From the IMG/VR virus record IMGVR_UViG_3300045988_163643, positions 32,001 through 96,000 of that record: DNA of 64,000 nucleotides. One strand, given 5' to 3'. Origin of the DNA: a virus. The notes beneath the pieces are model-generated. The model did no database searches. It saw only the letters and a list, made by a program, of their open reading frames with translations, and was not told where the DNA came from. A program made the translations under genes and the position numbers. Shown piece after piece: positions 34,523 through 43,042 of the stretch; position 1 is the stretch's first letter, and each line of letters begins with the position of its first letter.

Positions 34523-35296
34523 TTAATTGTAAAAAAAATCTAATGCATTTATTACTTTTTCTTCGAGATTTTCAACATTATGAAAAGTTTTATGAATTAC
34601 TTCTAATGCTTCTATTTTATTTTTAGAAACTTCCATTATATCATAAATCTTTTTACATGATTTTCTTTTGAAATTTTTTCTTAATAATTTTATAACCAAT
34701 TCACATTTATTTGTTTTCAATTCCATACTATCAAAATAATAATCTAATATTTCATTAATTGCGTTTTTTATATCTATATTCTTGTAATATTTCATTAATT
34801 TCTCATTTGCATCTTTTCTATTTTCAGAATCTTTAATTATTTTCACTACTTTTATGCAAGTTTTTCTTTTATTAGCAACCTTTTTTAAATAATTTATCAT
34901 ATTTTTACTTCTTCTATATTCTTTAGGGTTAATTTTTCTTTCAATAGTTTCAAACAACCCAACACTTCTACCAGTACAGTTATATATAAGATTTATGGCA
35001 CTTAAGAATCCCTTATCTCCACTTATAATGTTATACTCACAATGTTCATTATTACCGATTAATAAACCAAGATAAGATACCAATTGAAAATCTAAACTAT
35101 TTTTTCCTTTTATTTGAGAAGTCATTTTTAATATTTTAGCTTTCGTAATTGATTTCTCAAATTCTAATTCTTTTTCATTAATTACTGAAAACTCACTGTC
35201 AAATAATATTATTACATCATCTTCTTTTAATAATTCACTTCCTAATAATCCACCTTCACTAACATTTTCATAATCAATTAAAAAACATCTTTTCAT
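34523..35296 (-). CDS. NYN/PIN-like (LabA-type) domain protein
   Basis: Start ATG 35296. CFLIDYENV and ISGDKGF motifs. Confidence 0.5.
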   Translation of the reverse strand: MKRCFLIDYENVSEGGLLGSELLKEDDVIILFDSEFSVINEKELEFEKSITKAKILKMTSQIKGKNSLDFQLVSYLGLLIGNNEHCEYNIISGDKGFLSAINLIYNCTGRSVGLFETIERKINPKEYRRSKNMINYLKKVANKRKTCIKVVKIIKDSENRKDANEKLMKYYKNIDIKNAINEILDYYFDSMELKTNKCELVIKLLRKNFKRKSCKKIYDIMEVSKNKIEALEVIHKTFHNVENLEEKVINALDFFYN

Positions 35297-35330
35297 AATT
35301 TTAATACCTCCCATTTATTTTTATACTATT

Positions 35331-35359
35331 ATTATAGTATAGTTTTTATATTATGTCAA
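35331..35359 (-). promoter_or_regulatory. class II cassette promoter
   Basis: TTGACA-17-TATAAT (TTGACATAATATAAAAACTATACTATAATAATAGTATAAAAATAAAT). Confidence 0.65.
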
Positions 35360-35376
35360 TAAATTTTAAAAAAACT

Positions 35377-35399
35377 GAGAAGAAAAAAATCTTCTTCTC
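35377..35399 (-). terminator. cassette terminator (CTCAGTTTTTTT type)
   Basis: GAGAAGAA/TTCTTCTC stem, then AGUUUUUUU. Confidence 0.7.
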
Positions 35400-35400
35400 T

Positions 35401-35688
35401 TTATAGATTTTCATATAGTTCTATGCAAATTCTACTTATTAGATTATCTATTTCTATTAAGTTGTCACTACATACAACATCCGTGTACTTCATTAGGTTA
35501 GTTAATGCATTTAAGACTCCTTTAATTTCTTCTTTTGATTTAAATATTATTCCATTTTTAACTCTATTATAAAGGAATAATAAATAATATTCGTCGTCAC
35601 TACTAAAACCTTTACCATATTTATTTAATGTTTTTCTTATAACATCTCCTAACATTTCACTTTCTACTAAATCTAAATTATATTTCAT
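35401..35688 (-). CDS. hypothetical protein
   Basis: About 95-aa ORF. Start is ATG 35688 or GTG 35697. Confidence 0.5.
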   Translation of the reverse strand: MKYNLDLVESEMLGDVIRKTLNKYGKGFSSDDEYYLLFLYNRVKNGIIFKSKEEIKGVLNALTNLMKYTDVVCSDNLIEIDNLISRICIELYENL

Positions 35689-35766
35689 AATCCCCACAAC
35701 TCCTTTTTATTTTATTATTTTTTGTTGCTAACTGAGAAGAAAAATTTTCTTCTCTTTTAATTTAAA

Positions 35767-36066
35767 TTATAAGTTGACCATTTGTAAGAATGTATTAATT
35801 AAAAATATTACCATTATTATCACTCCCACAATCCCTAAAAACGCTCTCATTCTACTAAATTTGATTTGTTCTTCCATTGCCCATATTAATCTTTCTTTAT
35901 CCTCTTGTGCAGTGAATCCATCTTCTCTCATTTCTTCTATAAGAATATCTATATCGGCTGAGTATTCATTGTAGCATCTTCTATCTCTAATGTAATTAAC
36001 AATAGGTGAAAACGCTAAGTAAATACCAAATAATTCTAATGCACTACTTAATAATAATAATTTCAT
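35767..36066 (-). CDS. membrane protein (2 TM)
   Basis: 99-aa ORF with GGAGG SD preceded by a conserved 5'-UTR stem-loop. Confidence 0.6.
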   Translation of the reverse strand: MKLLLLSSALELFGIYLAFSPIVNYIRDRRCYNEYSADIDILIEEMREDGFTAQEDKERLIWAMEEQIKFSRMRAFLGIVGVIIMVIFLINTFLQMVNL

Positions 36067-36135
36067 ATAAATACCTCCAAGTTTAAAGTCCTATGGACTA
36101 TTTATTTTTTTTATTTTTATTTCTTTTATACTATT

Positions 36136-36164
36136 ATTATATAATAGTTTTTATGTTATGTCAA
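36136..36164 (-). promoter_or_regulatory. class II cassette promoter
   Basis: TTGACA-17-TATAAT. Confidence 0.65.
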
Positions 36165-36182
36165 GTACTTTTGTAAAAAACT

Positions 36183-36203
36183 GAGAAGAAATTTTTTCTT
36201 CTC
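36183..36203 (-). terminator. cassette terminator
   Basis: GAGAAGAA/TTCTTCTC stem, then AGUUUUUU. Confidence 0.7.
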
Positions 36204-36204
36204 T

Positions 36205-36804
36205 TTAAAATTCTAAGTTTAATAAACTTATTTGTTCTATTGTTTCTTTATCGTCAGTTAGGAAAACTTTTTTTCTTCTGTCATACAAAACGACATGACT
36301 ACCACATTTCTTACAACTCGCACCTCTAAATGCTTCTCTTTTACTTTCTGTTAATCTGCTAACTGTTCCTATGATACCATGTTTTGGACATATTACATAA
36401 TATTTATCATTTTTCTCTTTATATTCTACTTTCATTTTTAGGCTATCTGATATCTCTAAATGCTTACATACTTCTTTCCATCTATTATCATGATTACAAT
36501 TATCGTCATGTAATTCATTAGCTATATAATGTGCCAATTCATGTTTTAATACGTACTCAAGTCTTTCATCAGTTGTATTTCTAAAAAATGTTTTAGATAT
36601 TTCTATATCATAAGGTATTATTTTCTTTTCTCTATCTTTTATAAAATAAAATCTGTAACAAGCTATTTTTTTTCTATATCTTCCATTAAGATTTATGTCT
36701 TTTTCAAATAATGGTATTTCATTTCCTGTTTTCTCATTAAACATTTTTATGTTTCTATCTAAGAATTCCTTTACATCATTAACATTTTTTATTCTTCTTT
36801 CCAT
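36205..36804 (-). CDS. SprT-like zinc metalloprotease with C-terminal zinc ribbon
   Basis: LKHELAHY (HExxH) and CKKCGSH. ATG 36804 is 6 nt after AGGGGGA. Confidence 0.7.
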   Translation of the reverse strand: MERRIKNVNDVKEFLDRNIKMFNEKTGNEIPLFEKDINLNGRYRKKIACYRFYFIKDREKKIIPYDIEISKTFFRNTTDERLEYVLKHELAHYIANELHDDNCNHDNRWKEVCKHLEISDSLKMKVEYKEKNDKYYVICPKHGIIGTVSRLTESKREAFRGASCKKCGSHVVLYDRRKKVFLTDDKETIEQISLLNLEF

Positions 36805-36851
36805 TTTCATTCCCCCTATAAATTTTTTATTTTTATTTCTTTTATACTTAT

Positions 36852-36880
36852 ATTATATATTAGAATTTATCTATTGTCAA
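36852..36880 (-). promoter_or_regulatory. class II cassette promoter
   Basis: TTGACA-17-TATAAT. Confidence 0.6.
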
Positions 36881-36898
36881 GTGTTTTTGAAAAAAACT

Positions 36899-36917
36899 GA
36901 GAAGAAATTTTCTTCTC
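36899..36917 (-). terminator. cassette terminator
   Basis: Same GAGAAGAAA stem. Confidence 0.7.
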
Positions 36918-37511
36918 TTATTTAATTCTAACCTCTATTTCTATTTTTATGAAGAGCTCTATTATTTCCTTTTCATATTTGTTGAAAAGTCTAACTGCTT
37001 TTTTATCTGCAATTCTTTCACACTCAATATTTCTATAATGTTCCATTTGCGTTTTACCATTCAACAATTCATTATAATAATATTCGCTTTGACTTTCAAT
37101 ATATATTTTATTATACCCATGAATATCAATAGATTTATTCATTGTTATAATGTGTCCTATCTCGTGTAATATAGATATCATACAATATACTTGATAGAAA
37201 TTCATTTCATATTTTTTCATTACATATAAATAATTGAATCCATAATGTTTTAAATAATCTACAAAATATTCATGACTTTTAACTACATCCCTTTTTTCAC
37301 TATAAACATTTTCAGGAACAAATAATATATTATATCTATTAAGTTCGTTTTGACCGCTACATGCAAATGATTTTCTTGAAAATTTTTTCATACAATAAGG
37401 TATTCCTTTTTTCAATTCCTTTTTTTCTATGAAAAACTTAAATATTGAATTCATAAAATCCTCTGTAATGTTTATATGTTTTTCTTGTTTTATAATTTTT
37501 TTACCTTCCAT
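36918..37511 (-). CDS. putative HExxH metallopeptidase
   Basis: 197-aa ORF with ISILHEIGHI. Confidence 0.45.
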   Translation of the reverse strand: MEGKKIIKQEKHINITEDFMNSIFKFFIEKKELKKGIPYCMKKFSRKSFACSGQNELNRYNILFVPENVYSEKRDVVKSHEYFVDYLKHYGFNYLYVMKKYEMNFYQVYCMISILHEIGHIITMNKSIDIHGYNKIYIESQSEYYYNELLNGKTQMEHYRNIECERIADKKAVRLFNKYEKEIIELFIKIEIEVRIK

Positions 37512-37543
37512 TTATCTTCCCCCTTATTTATTTTTATACTATT

Positions 37544-37572
37544 ATTATATAATAGTTTTTATGTTATGTCAA
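37544..37572 (-). promoter_or_regulatory. class II cassette promoter
   Basis: TTGACA-17-TATAAT. Confidence 0.65.
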
Positions 37573-37590
37573 TAATTATTGAAAAAAACT

Positions 37591-37609
37591 GAGAAGAAAT
37601 TTTCTTCTC
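37591..37609 (-). terminator. cassette terminator
   Basis: Same GAGAAGAAA stem. Confidence 0.7.
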
Positions 37610-37611
37610 TT

Positions 37612-37737
37612 TTAGAAAAATTTTTCTTTAATATAATCCTTTATTTCAATTAGTATTACTCCTATTAGTCCTACAGTCAATATTAGTGTTACAACTGCCA
37701 TGCATATCAATATAATATTTATACAAATATTCATCAT
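37612..37737 (-). CDS. small membrane peptide (41 aa)
   Basis: GGGAGTGG SD, giving MMNICINIILICMAVVTLILTVGLIGVILIEIKDYIKEKFF. Confidence 0.4.
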   Translation of the reverse strand: MMNICINIILICMAVVTLILTVGLIGVILIEIKDYIKEKFF

Positions 37738-37752
37738 GAGCAACCACTCCCT

Positions 37753-37965
37753 TTATATAAAATTAACTTCAGCATTTAAATCTTTCCACGTATCTAATTG
37801 ATAGGCTACATTATCATATAATTTTCCACTTTCCATTTCGTCCCTTGAATAAACGCAAATTTTATTTTCTAATTTATATGCAACTAAGTCGCATCTTTTT
37901 TCCAAGTATTCAACTAGCATTTTGAAAGTATGTTCATCTTTACATTTTATTTTCATTATATACAT
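37753..37965 (-). CDS. hypothetical protein
   Basis: 70-aa ORF with AAGGGAG SD. Confidence 0.55.
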   Translation of the reverse strand: MYIMKIKCKDEHTFKMLVEYLEKRCDLVAYKLENKICVYSRDEMESGKLYDNVAYQLDTWKDLNAEVNFI

Positions 37966-37999
37966 AACAACAACTCCCTTTTATTTCTTATTTACTTAT

Positions 38000-38028
38000 A
38001 TTATACTATTGCTCTTGGTAAAAGTCAA
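38000..38028 (-). promoter_or_regulatory. class I cassette promoter
   Basis: TTGACT-17-TATAAT. Confidence 0.65.
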
Positions 38029-38031
38029 GTA

Positions 38032-38634
38032 CTATTTTTTTAAAGAAATTTTCTTTATAGTATGATTTTTACCTTTCATGTATTCTACTTGTTCTTTAGT
38101 ATCTATTATATGCAATTCTCCATGACATTTATGACAATGGCAATTATGAATCCAATTCTCAAAAGTACTTTTTCTTAATCTATTTCTACGGTATTCGTAT
38201 CCACACTTTTGACATTTGCCAATGTATCTTTCTTCTACTTTAGATTTTGCAGTGAAATAAGTTTCATCTGAGATTCCTAGCATTCTACAATATTGTTTAA
38301 ACATCTTATCATGTCCATGATTTTCTTGTTTGTAAACATTTACTATAAAGTGTACACACTCATGTCTTATAGTTTGGATAATATCTTCATCATGATAATC
38401 ATTTAAAAGAGATTTTGAAATTTTAATTCCAACAGGTTCTATTGTAGTTTTACCTTTTTCCTTTGTAATTCTGAATTCAAATTTACCTTTTGCTACAGTC
38501 ATTCTAGTTGATATTGTTATTTGACAACTTTCTAATTCTCTTGTTGTTTCATATATATCTTTTCCTAATACCTTTCTAGTATGTTGAGCAAATTCATTTA
38601 CTTCTTTTTGTACTCTTTTTAAATTCCATTCCAT
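38032..38634 (-). CDS. SprT-like zinc metalloprotease with C-terminal zinc ribbon
   Basis: IRHECVHF (HExxH) and CQKCGYEY..CHCHKCHGE. Paralog of 36205..36804. Confidence 0.7.
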   Translation of the reverse strand: MEWNLKRVQKEVNEFAQHTRKVLGKDIYETTRELESCQITISTRMTVAKGKFEFRITKEKGKTTIEPVGIKISKSLLNDYHDEDIIQTIRHECVHFIVNVYKQENHGHDKMFKQYCRMLGISDETYFTAKSKVEERYIGKCQKCGYEYRRNRLRKSTFENWIHNCHCHKCHGELHIIDTKEQVEYMKGKNHTIKKISLKK

Positions 38635-38667
38635 TTTTCATTCCCCTTTTCTTTTATTTATACTATA

Positions 38668-38696
38668 ATTATATCATATACTTTATCCATTGTCAA
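38668..38696 (-). promoter_or_regulatory. class II cassette promoter
   Basis: TTGACA-17-TATAAT. Confidence 0.65.
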
Positions 38697-38713
38697 GTAC
38701 TTTTGAAAAAACT

Positions 38714-38734
38714 GAGAAGAAAAATTTTCTTCTC
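38714..38734 (-). terminator. cassette terminator
   Basis: Same GAGAAGAAA stem. Confidence 0.7.
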
Positions 38735-38792
38735 TTAAAAGTTTTCGCACGATTGTGGGCTACGTCTGTCTAAAAATGGGCGACCCCTATAC

Positions 38793-39374
38793 AATATTCC
38801 AATTTTATTACAATTTTTTAATCATATAATGCATAATTTTTCTTTTTCCTTTTTTCTTTCTTTTTAAATCATATCCATGCTCTTTTAATATTCTTTCTAA
38901 AGTCGGTAAACCTATTAATCTATTTCTATTATCTCTAAGATTATTTTTAATAATTATATCATTAAAAACAATATCTCTAGTAATCCATTTATTAAGTAGA
39001 TTATCTTCAATAGAAAGGTCAATTTTTATATGTTTATGTTTTCTATGAACAACACTAAGATGACAATGTATACATAATGTTTTATAAGTATAAAACAAGT
39101 GTTTTCCTAATACTTTTTCTTCTATGTTTTTCAACTCTAATTCTGTATAATTATCTATTGTTTTATATTCTTCTAGTCCTAACTCAACTAAAGTATCTTT
39201 TACCATATTAGCAAATGGATAAATGTGATGGACTTGTAAGTCTTCAATTCCACCACATTGTTCACATTTATCCTTCTTAACTAACTTTACAAACTTATGC
39301 CAAATTCTTATCCTTATATAATTATTTAATGTTTGTTTTCTTTTTTTCATTATTTAACATTCCTTTTTAATCAT
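38793..39374 (-). mobile_element. free-standing HNH cassette flanked by a 17-bp direct repeat
   Basis: AATATTCCAATTTTATT occurs at 38793-38809 and at 39375-39391, each at the stop of the gene to its right. Confidence 0.45.
38808..39350 (-). CDS. HNH endonuclease
   Basis: CEQCGGIEDLQVHHIYP...CIHCHLSVVH. Confidence 0.75.
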   Translation of the reverse strand: MKKRKQTLNNYIRIRIWHKFVKLVKKDKCEQCGGIEDLQVHHIYPFANMVKDTLVELGLEEYKTIDNYTELELKNIEEKVLGKHLFYTYKTLCIHCHLSVVHRKHKHIKIDLSIEDNLLNKWITRDIVFNDIIIKNNLRDNRNRLIGLPTLERILKEHGYDLKRKKKGKRKIMHYMIKKL

Positions 39375-39386
39375 AATATTCCAATT

Positions 39387-40454
39387 TTATTCTCTATTAT
39401 AAATATACATTTTATAGAAATTATCCCAAATTTGATAATATTCTTCAGAATATTGAAGTTGTCTTAATCTGCTTTCTTTCATAAGAATAGCATATTCAAC
39501 ATTGAATCCATTTCTAGATTTTATTTTTTCATCAATAGTTTTTTTATTTTTATCTTGTCTTCTTTGTGCTAAAGACTTCCTAATTTCATATATATCATTT
39601 TTAATTATATCTACATCAAAACCATTTAAATAGTTTTCCTTAATATATTCTATATTTTTAGTTAGAAAAATTTGAAATGCTTCATAAGTATATTTATAAC
39701 CTAATTCACAAGTTAATTCAAAACTCAATTCTTTATCAAAATCTTTCAATTTTTGAATATTACATTTTATATTTTCTCTTCTATTACCATATACTAAATC
39801 ATTTCTACTTGTAATATTATATTTTTCACATATTCTATTTTCAATATCTATTACTTTTCTTAATTGTATGGAATTTGTATTAAGATACACTTCGTTATTT
39901 TCCAAATCTACTGCAATTTTCACCTTATACCATTTTATTAAATTATCTTTTTTTTCAAGTTTATTTAAAGCAGATAAAAAATTTGAATATAAAGCAGAAT
40001 TTTCAACAGAGAAAAAATCTTTTTTAATTATATCTTCATCACTTAAGATAGGATATTGATAATTAATATTCTTTTTTTCAATTGGATACAACATTTCTAC
40101 CAAAGCCATACTAGTTAACCAATTGTCAAATGTTCTCACACAATATGTCTCATCCCTAAAATTACAATAACCTATAATAGAATTTAATAAAGTTTGTTTC
40201 ATTAAAAAACTCATACTCTTTTCATCCTCCTTAATATCATATACTTTCCTTTTGGCACTATCGAACTCTATCCCATTGCTCCCCATAAGAGTATAATATA
40301 CTCTATTTCCTATTTTATTTTTTTCCACTGCACATACTTTGGAAAGTTTATTGATTAAAGTTTTTTCTTTTTTTCTAAAATTATTATAACTGTAATCACA
40401 AAGTTCACAAAGTTCTTTTGATGTATAAGTTCCGTCTTGTAATATTACTTTCAT
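39387..40454 (-). CDS. hypothetical protein (possible DNA-binding/initiator, speculative)
   Basis: Track ORF is 39387..40484. ATG 40454 is 10 nt after AGAGGAGA. The 5' UTR carries the 17-bp IR 40476-40561. Confidence 0.6.
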   Translation of the reverse strand: MKVILQDGTYTSKELCELCDYSYNNFRKKEKTLINKLSKVCAVEKNKIGNRVYYTLMGSNGIEFDSAKRKVYDIKEDEKSMSFLMKQTLLNSIIGYCNFRDETYCVRTFDNWLTSMALVEMLYPIEKKNINYQYPILSDEDIIKKDFFSVENSALYSNFLSALNKLEKKDNLIKWYKVKIAVDLENNEVYLNTNSIQLRKVIDIENRICEKYNITSRNDLVYGNRRENIKCNIQKLKDFDKELSFELTCELGYKYTYEAFQIFLTKNIEYIKENYLNGFDVDIIKNDIYEIRKSLAQRRQDKNKKTIDEKIKSRNGFNVEYAILMKESRLRQLQYSEEYYQIWDNFYKMYIYNRE

Positions 40455-40475
40455 ATCATCATCATCTCCTCTTTT

Positions 40476-40561
40476 GTCCCCCAAACAGTTCTCTGTGTGT
40501 TATATATTATATTATTATATATTATATATATATATATATATTATAGAACTGTTTGGGGGAC
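40476..40561. repeat. 17-bp perfect GC-rich inverted repeat around a 52-bp TA-rich spacer
   Basis: GTCCCCCAAACAGTTCT (40476-40492) / AGAACTGTTTGGGGGAC (40545-40561). Confidence 0.9.
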
Positions 40562-40584
40562 ATTATTTTTATATGTTTATATAT

Positions 40585-40613
40585 ATTATACTATAAATAT
40601 TATTAAAAGTCAA
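40585..40613 (-). promoter_or_regulatory. class I cassette promoter
   Basis: TTGACT-17-TATAAT. Its transcript runs through the IR 40476-40561. Confidence 0.6.
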
Positions 40614-40630
40614 TAGTAAAAAACAAAAGA

Positions 40631-40652
40631 GAAAGGCTATTTTAAACCTTTC
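40631..40652 (-). terminator. intrinsic terminator
   Basis: GAAAGG/CCTTTC stem plus a U-run. Confidence 0.5.
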
Positions 40653-40662
40653 CCTTTTATAA

Positions 40663-41301
40663 TTAAATATTAAATGCTAAGTCACCTAAGCATAAAAGAA
40701 AATCTTTTTCTAATTGCCAATTATCAAATATCATAACGGTTTTATTTTCATTTTCATTTTCATAGCCATATTCATTTTTTGTATATCCTTCATATCCTTT
40801 TTCACAATATAACCAAGTTACTAATTCACCATTTATTTCATAAGTTGAACTATGTGCCACTACTGTTTTTAAATAAGTTGTTTCATGTAAAAAATCTTCA
40901 TTCTTTAAATCTTCTTCAGTTAATTTATCTTTTGCTATTTTTAAAACAAATATATCATTACAGGTTTCTATATCTTCATCTTTATAACCAAAAGTCACTG
41001 TTGCTTCATAGCTATCATCCAATTCTTCTATGTCTACATTAATCTTGTCTATGTCTTTAGCTGAATTTAAATACAATTTTTTGTTATCATTCAATTCATT
41101 ATATTGTGGCTGATATTCTTCAATATTTTTTTCGATTTCATTTTGTATATTTTCTTTTAATAATTCTTCGGCTTGTTCTATTTTGTTAGAGCATCCTATC
41201 ATAGACATAGCCATTAGACCTCCTAAAATCAATCCTAAGCCCTTTCTAAATACTTTCACGATAAATTCCTCCTTTAACTTTTTAAATTCATTTAAATTCA
41301 T
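40663..41301 (-). CDS. putative lipoprotein
   Basis: 212-aa ORF with GGLMAMSMIGCSNK lipobox-like motif. Confidence 0.6.
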   Translation of the reverse strand: MNLNEFKKLKEEFIVKVFRKGLGLILGGLMAMSMIGCSNKIEQAEELLKENIQNEIEKNIEEYQPQYNELNDNKKLYLNSAKDIDKINVDIEELDDSYEATVTFGYKDEDIETCNDIFVLKIAKDKLTEEDLKNEDFLHETTYLKTVVAHSSTYEINGELVTWLYCEKGYEGYTKNEYGYENENENKTVMIFDNWQLEKDFLLCLGDLAFNI

Positions 41302-41357
41302 TATATCCCATTATAGGAAATAATATACAACTGAGGAGAATATTCCCCTCTTTTATT

Positions 41358-41999
41358 TTATAAATATTTACTGTATTCTTTTTCAAGTTCTTTAAATGCA
41401 TTATATTTTTCTTCTCTTATTTCTTTTCCTTTTATTCTAGTTTTTTCCATTATTTCATTTTCTTCTATTTGATATTCACGTAATTTGTTTTTAAGTTCTC
41501 CTATTACCATTTTAATACCTTCTATTTGATTTGTTAATTCTTCTATTTTATCTTTTTTTCTTGATAATTTTTTGCGTTTTTCAAAAGCTTTTATTGTATC
41601 TAATAAATGAAGATGGCAATCACATAAATTATTATAATTATATTCTTCTTTTAATTTTTCTATTTGTGTTTTTTCATCATCATATAAATCAACCTTAAAT
41701 TTATCATTTTCATTTGTAACAACTTCTGCCTTAGCAAATAATTCTTCACCTTTAATTTTACAAAAGCTTTTTATTCTTTCTAAATTTTTTCCCATTGTTA
41801 TATAGTAATTAATGTTATCAGTTGTACTCATTAGACTACCACATTGTATTACTTCGCCTTTAGAATTTATTGTTACATTAAATTTATTCCATATAGTTTC
41901 ACTATCATCTATTATAAAAGATAAATCAAGTAAATTTTCATTTGAATTATTCCAACTATTTCTCATATCTCTAATTTCAAAACCATTTAATTTATTCAT
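41358..41999 (-). CDS. hypothetical coiled-coil protein
   Basis: 213-aa ORF with GGAGG SD preceded by a conserved 5'-UTR stem-loop. Confidence 0.6.
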   Translation of the reverse strand: MNKLNGFEIRDMRNSWNNSNENLLDLSFIIDDSETIWNKFNVTINSKGEVIQCGSLMSTTDNINYYITMGKNLERIKSFCKIKGEELFAKAEVVTNENDKFKVDLYDDEKTQIEKLKEEYNYNNLCDCHLHLLDTIKAFEKRKKLSRKKDKIEELTNQIEGIKMVIGELKNKLREYQIEENEIMEKTRIKGKEIREEKYNAFKELEKEYSKYL

Positions 42000-42051
42000 A
42001 TAAACCTCCAGTTTAAAGTCCTTAAGACTATTTATTTTTTATATTATTATT

Positions 42052-42080
42052 ATTATATCATGCAGTTTATATTATGTCAA
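42052..42080 (-). promoter_or_regulatory. class II cassette promoter
   Basis: TTGACA-17-TATAAT. Confidence 0.65.
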
Positions 42081-42137
42081 GTGAAAACCTAAAAATAAAT
42101 TTTAAATTTTCATAACTGAGGATATTAAATATCCTCT

Positions 42138-42410
42138 TTATATCATATCTTCTTCATATTCTTTTAAGGTAAAAGGAAAATCATAATTATATGGCTCTTC
42201 TATTATATTCATATATATTTCTTTTTTTAAATTATCTATCACTATTCCATATAAATCTCCGTCTTTATCATAAAGTAAATCAAATTCAGTTTCTCCACAA
42301 GTCCAATTATAAATCTTATTAATATATTCACCATGTAAATATTGATTTAATTCTTTTTCTTTTTTATTTTCATTTATGATAATTCCATTCATTTTCATTA
42401 TTTTTCTCAT
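42138..42410 (-). CDS. hypothetical protein
   Basis: 90-aa ORF with AGGAGGGTGA SD. Confidence 0.55.
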   Translation of the reverse strand: MRKIMKMNGIIINENKKEKELNQYLHGEYINKIYNWTCGETEFDLLYDKDGDLYGIVIDNLKKEIYMNIIEEPYNYDFPFTLKEYEEDMI

Positions 42411-42442
42411 TTATAATCACCCTCCTATATTTTTATACTATT

Positions 42443-42471
42443 ATTATAGTATAGTTTTTATATTATGTCAA
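42443..42471 (-). promoter_or_regulatory. class II cassette promoter
   Basis: TTGACA-17-TATAAT. Confidence 0.65.
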
Positions 42472-42557
42472 TAGATTTTAAAAAAATATTTTGAATTTTT
42501 TATTTTATTTTTATGTTAATAACTGAGGATATATTAAATATCCTCTTTACACTATAT

Positions 42558-42586
42558 ATTATATATTAGATTATATATTATGTCAA
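42558..42586 (-). promoter_or_regulatory. class II promoter placed between a stop codon and its cassette hairpin (no ORF before the next promoter)
   Basis: TTGACA-17-TATAAT directly abutting the stop of 42590..43042. Hairpin 42525-42545 follows about 5 nt after the predicted start. Confidence 0.5.
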
Positions 42587-42589
42587 TAA

Positions 42590-43042
42590 CTATTTTTCAC
42601 TTTTTATATACAAAATTATAAAATTTTCAAAATTAGTTTCAAAACTGAAACAGAACTTATTTTTAAATGTATTAAATAAATTACTATTTATTGTATCCAA
42701 TTTTTCCATTTTCTCATTCAGTTCCTTATATTTCATAGTATTATTATAATTATCATACATTTCTATTTTTAACATTTCTATTTCATTTTTATTATATGTT
42801 ATTGTTTTCATAAAGTCAATTATAAATAAAAAAGAATCTTCACTTATAATACTTAAATCTTCTATATCTATTTTTAATATGTCATTAGTTAATACTAAGT
42901 TGTAACTTTCAAATATTGTTGTTGTTATTAAATTTATTGGAGTTACTTCTGTTGATATTGAATTAATGTAATAGTCGGCTAAGTTTATTTCTCCTAAGCT
43001 ATCATTATAAACTATTAAATTATGTTTAAAATTTAAAAACAT
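42590..43042 (-). CDS. hypothetical protein
   Basis: 150-aa ORF with GAAGGTGA SD. Confidence 0.55.
   Translation of the reverse strand: MFLNFKHNLIVYNDSLGEINLADYYINSISTEVTPINLITTTIFESYNLVLTNDILKIDIEDLSIISEDSFLFIIDFMKTITYNKNEIEMLKIEMYDNYNNTMKYKELNEKMEKLDTINSNLFNTFKNKFCFSFETNFENFIILYIKSEK

Noticed and set aside
40493-40544. TA-rich microsatellite-like tract as an independent simple repeat.
   Set aside because: It is the loop or spacer of the 17-bp perfect inverted repeat and is better explained as part of that element.
42525-42586. Promoter directly followed by a cassette hairpin with no ORF, as a possible tiny RNA gene.
   Set aside because: It is more simply a promoter inserted between a stop codon and its cassette hairpin, giving tandem promoters for 42138..42410. 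There is no evidence for a discrete sRNA.
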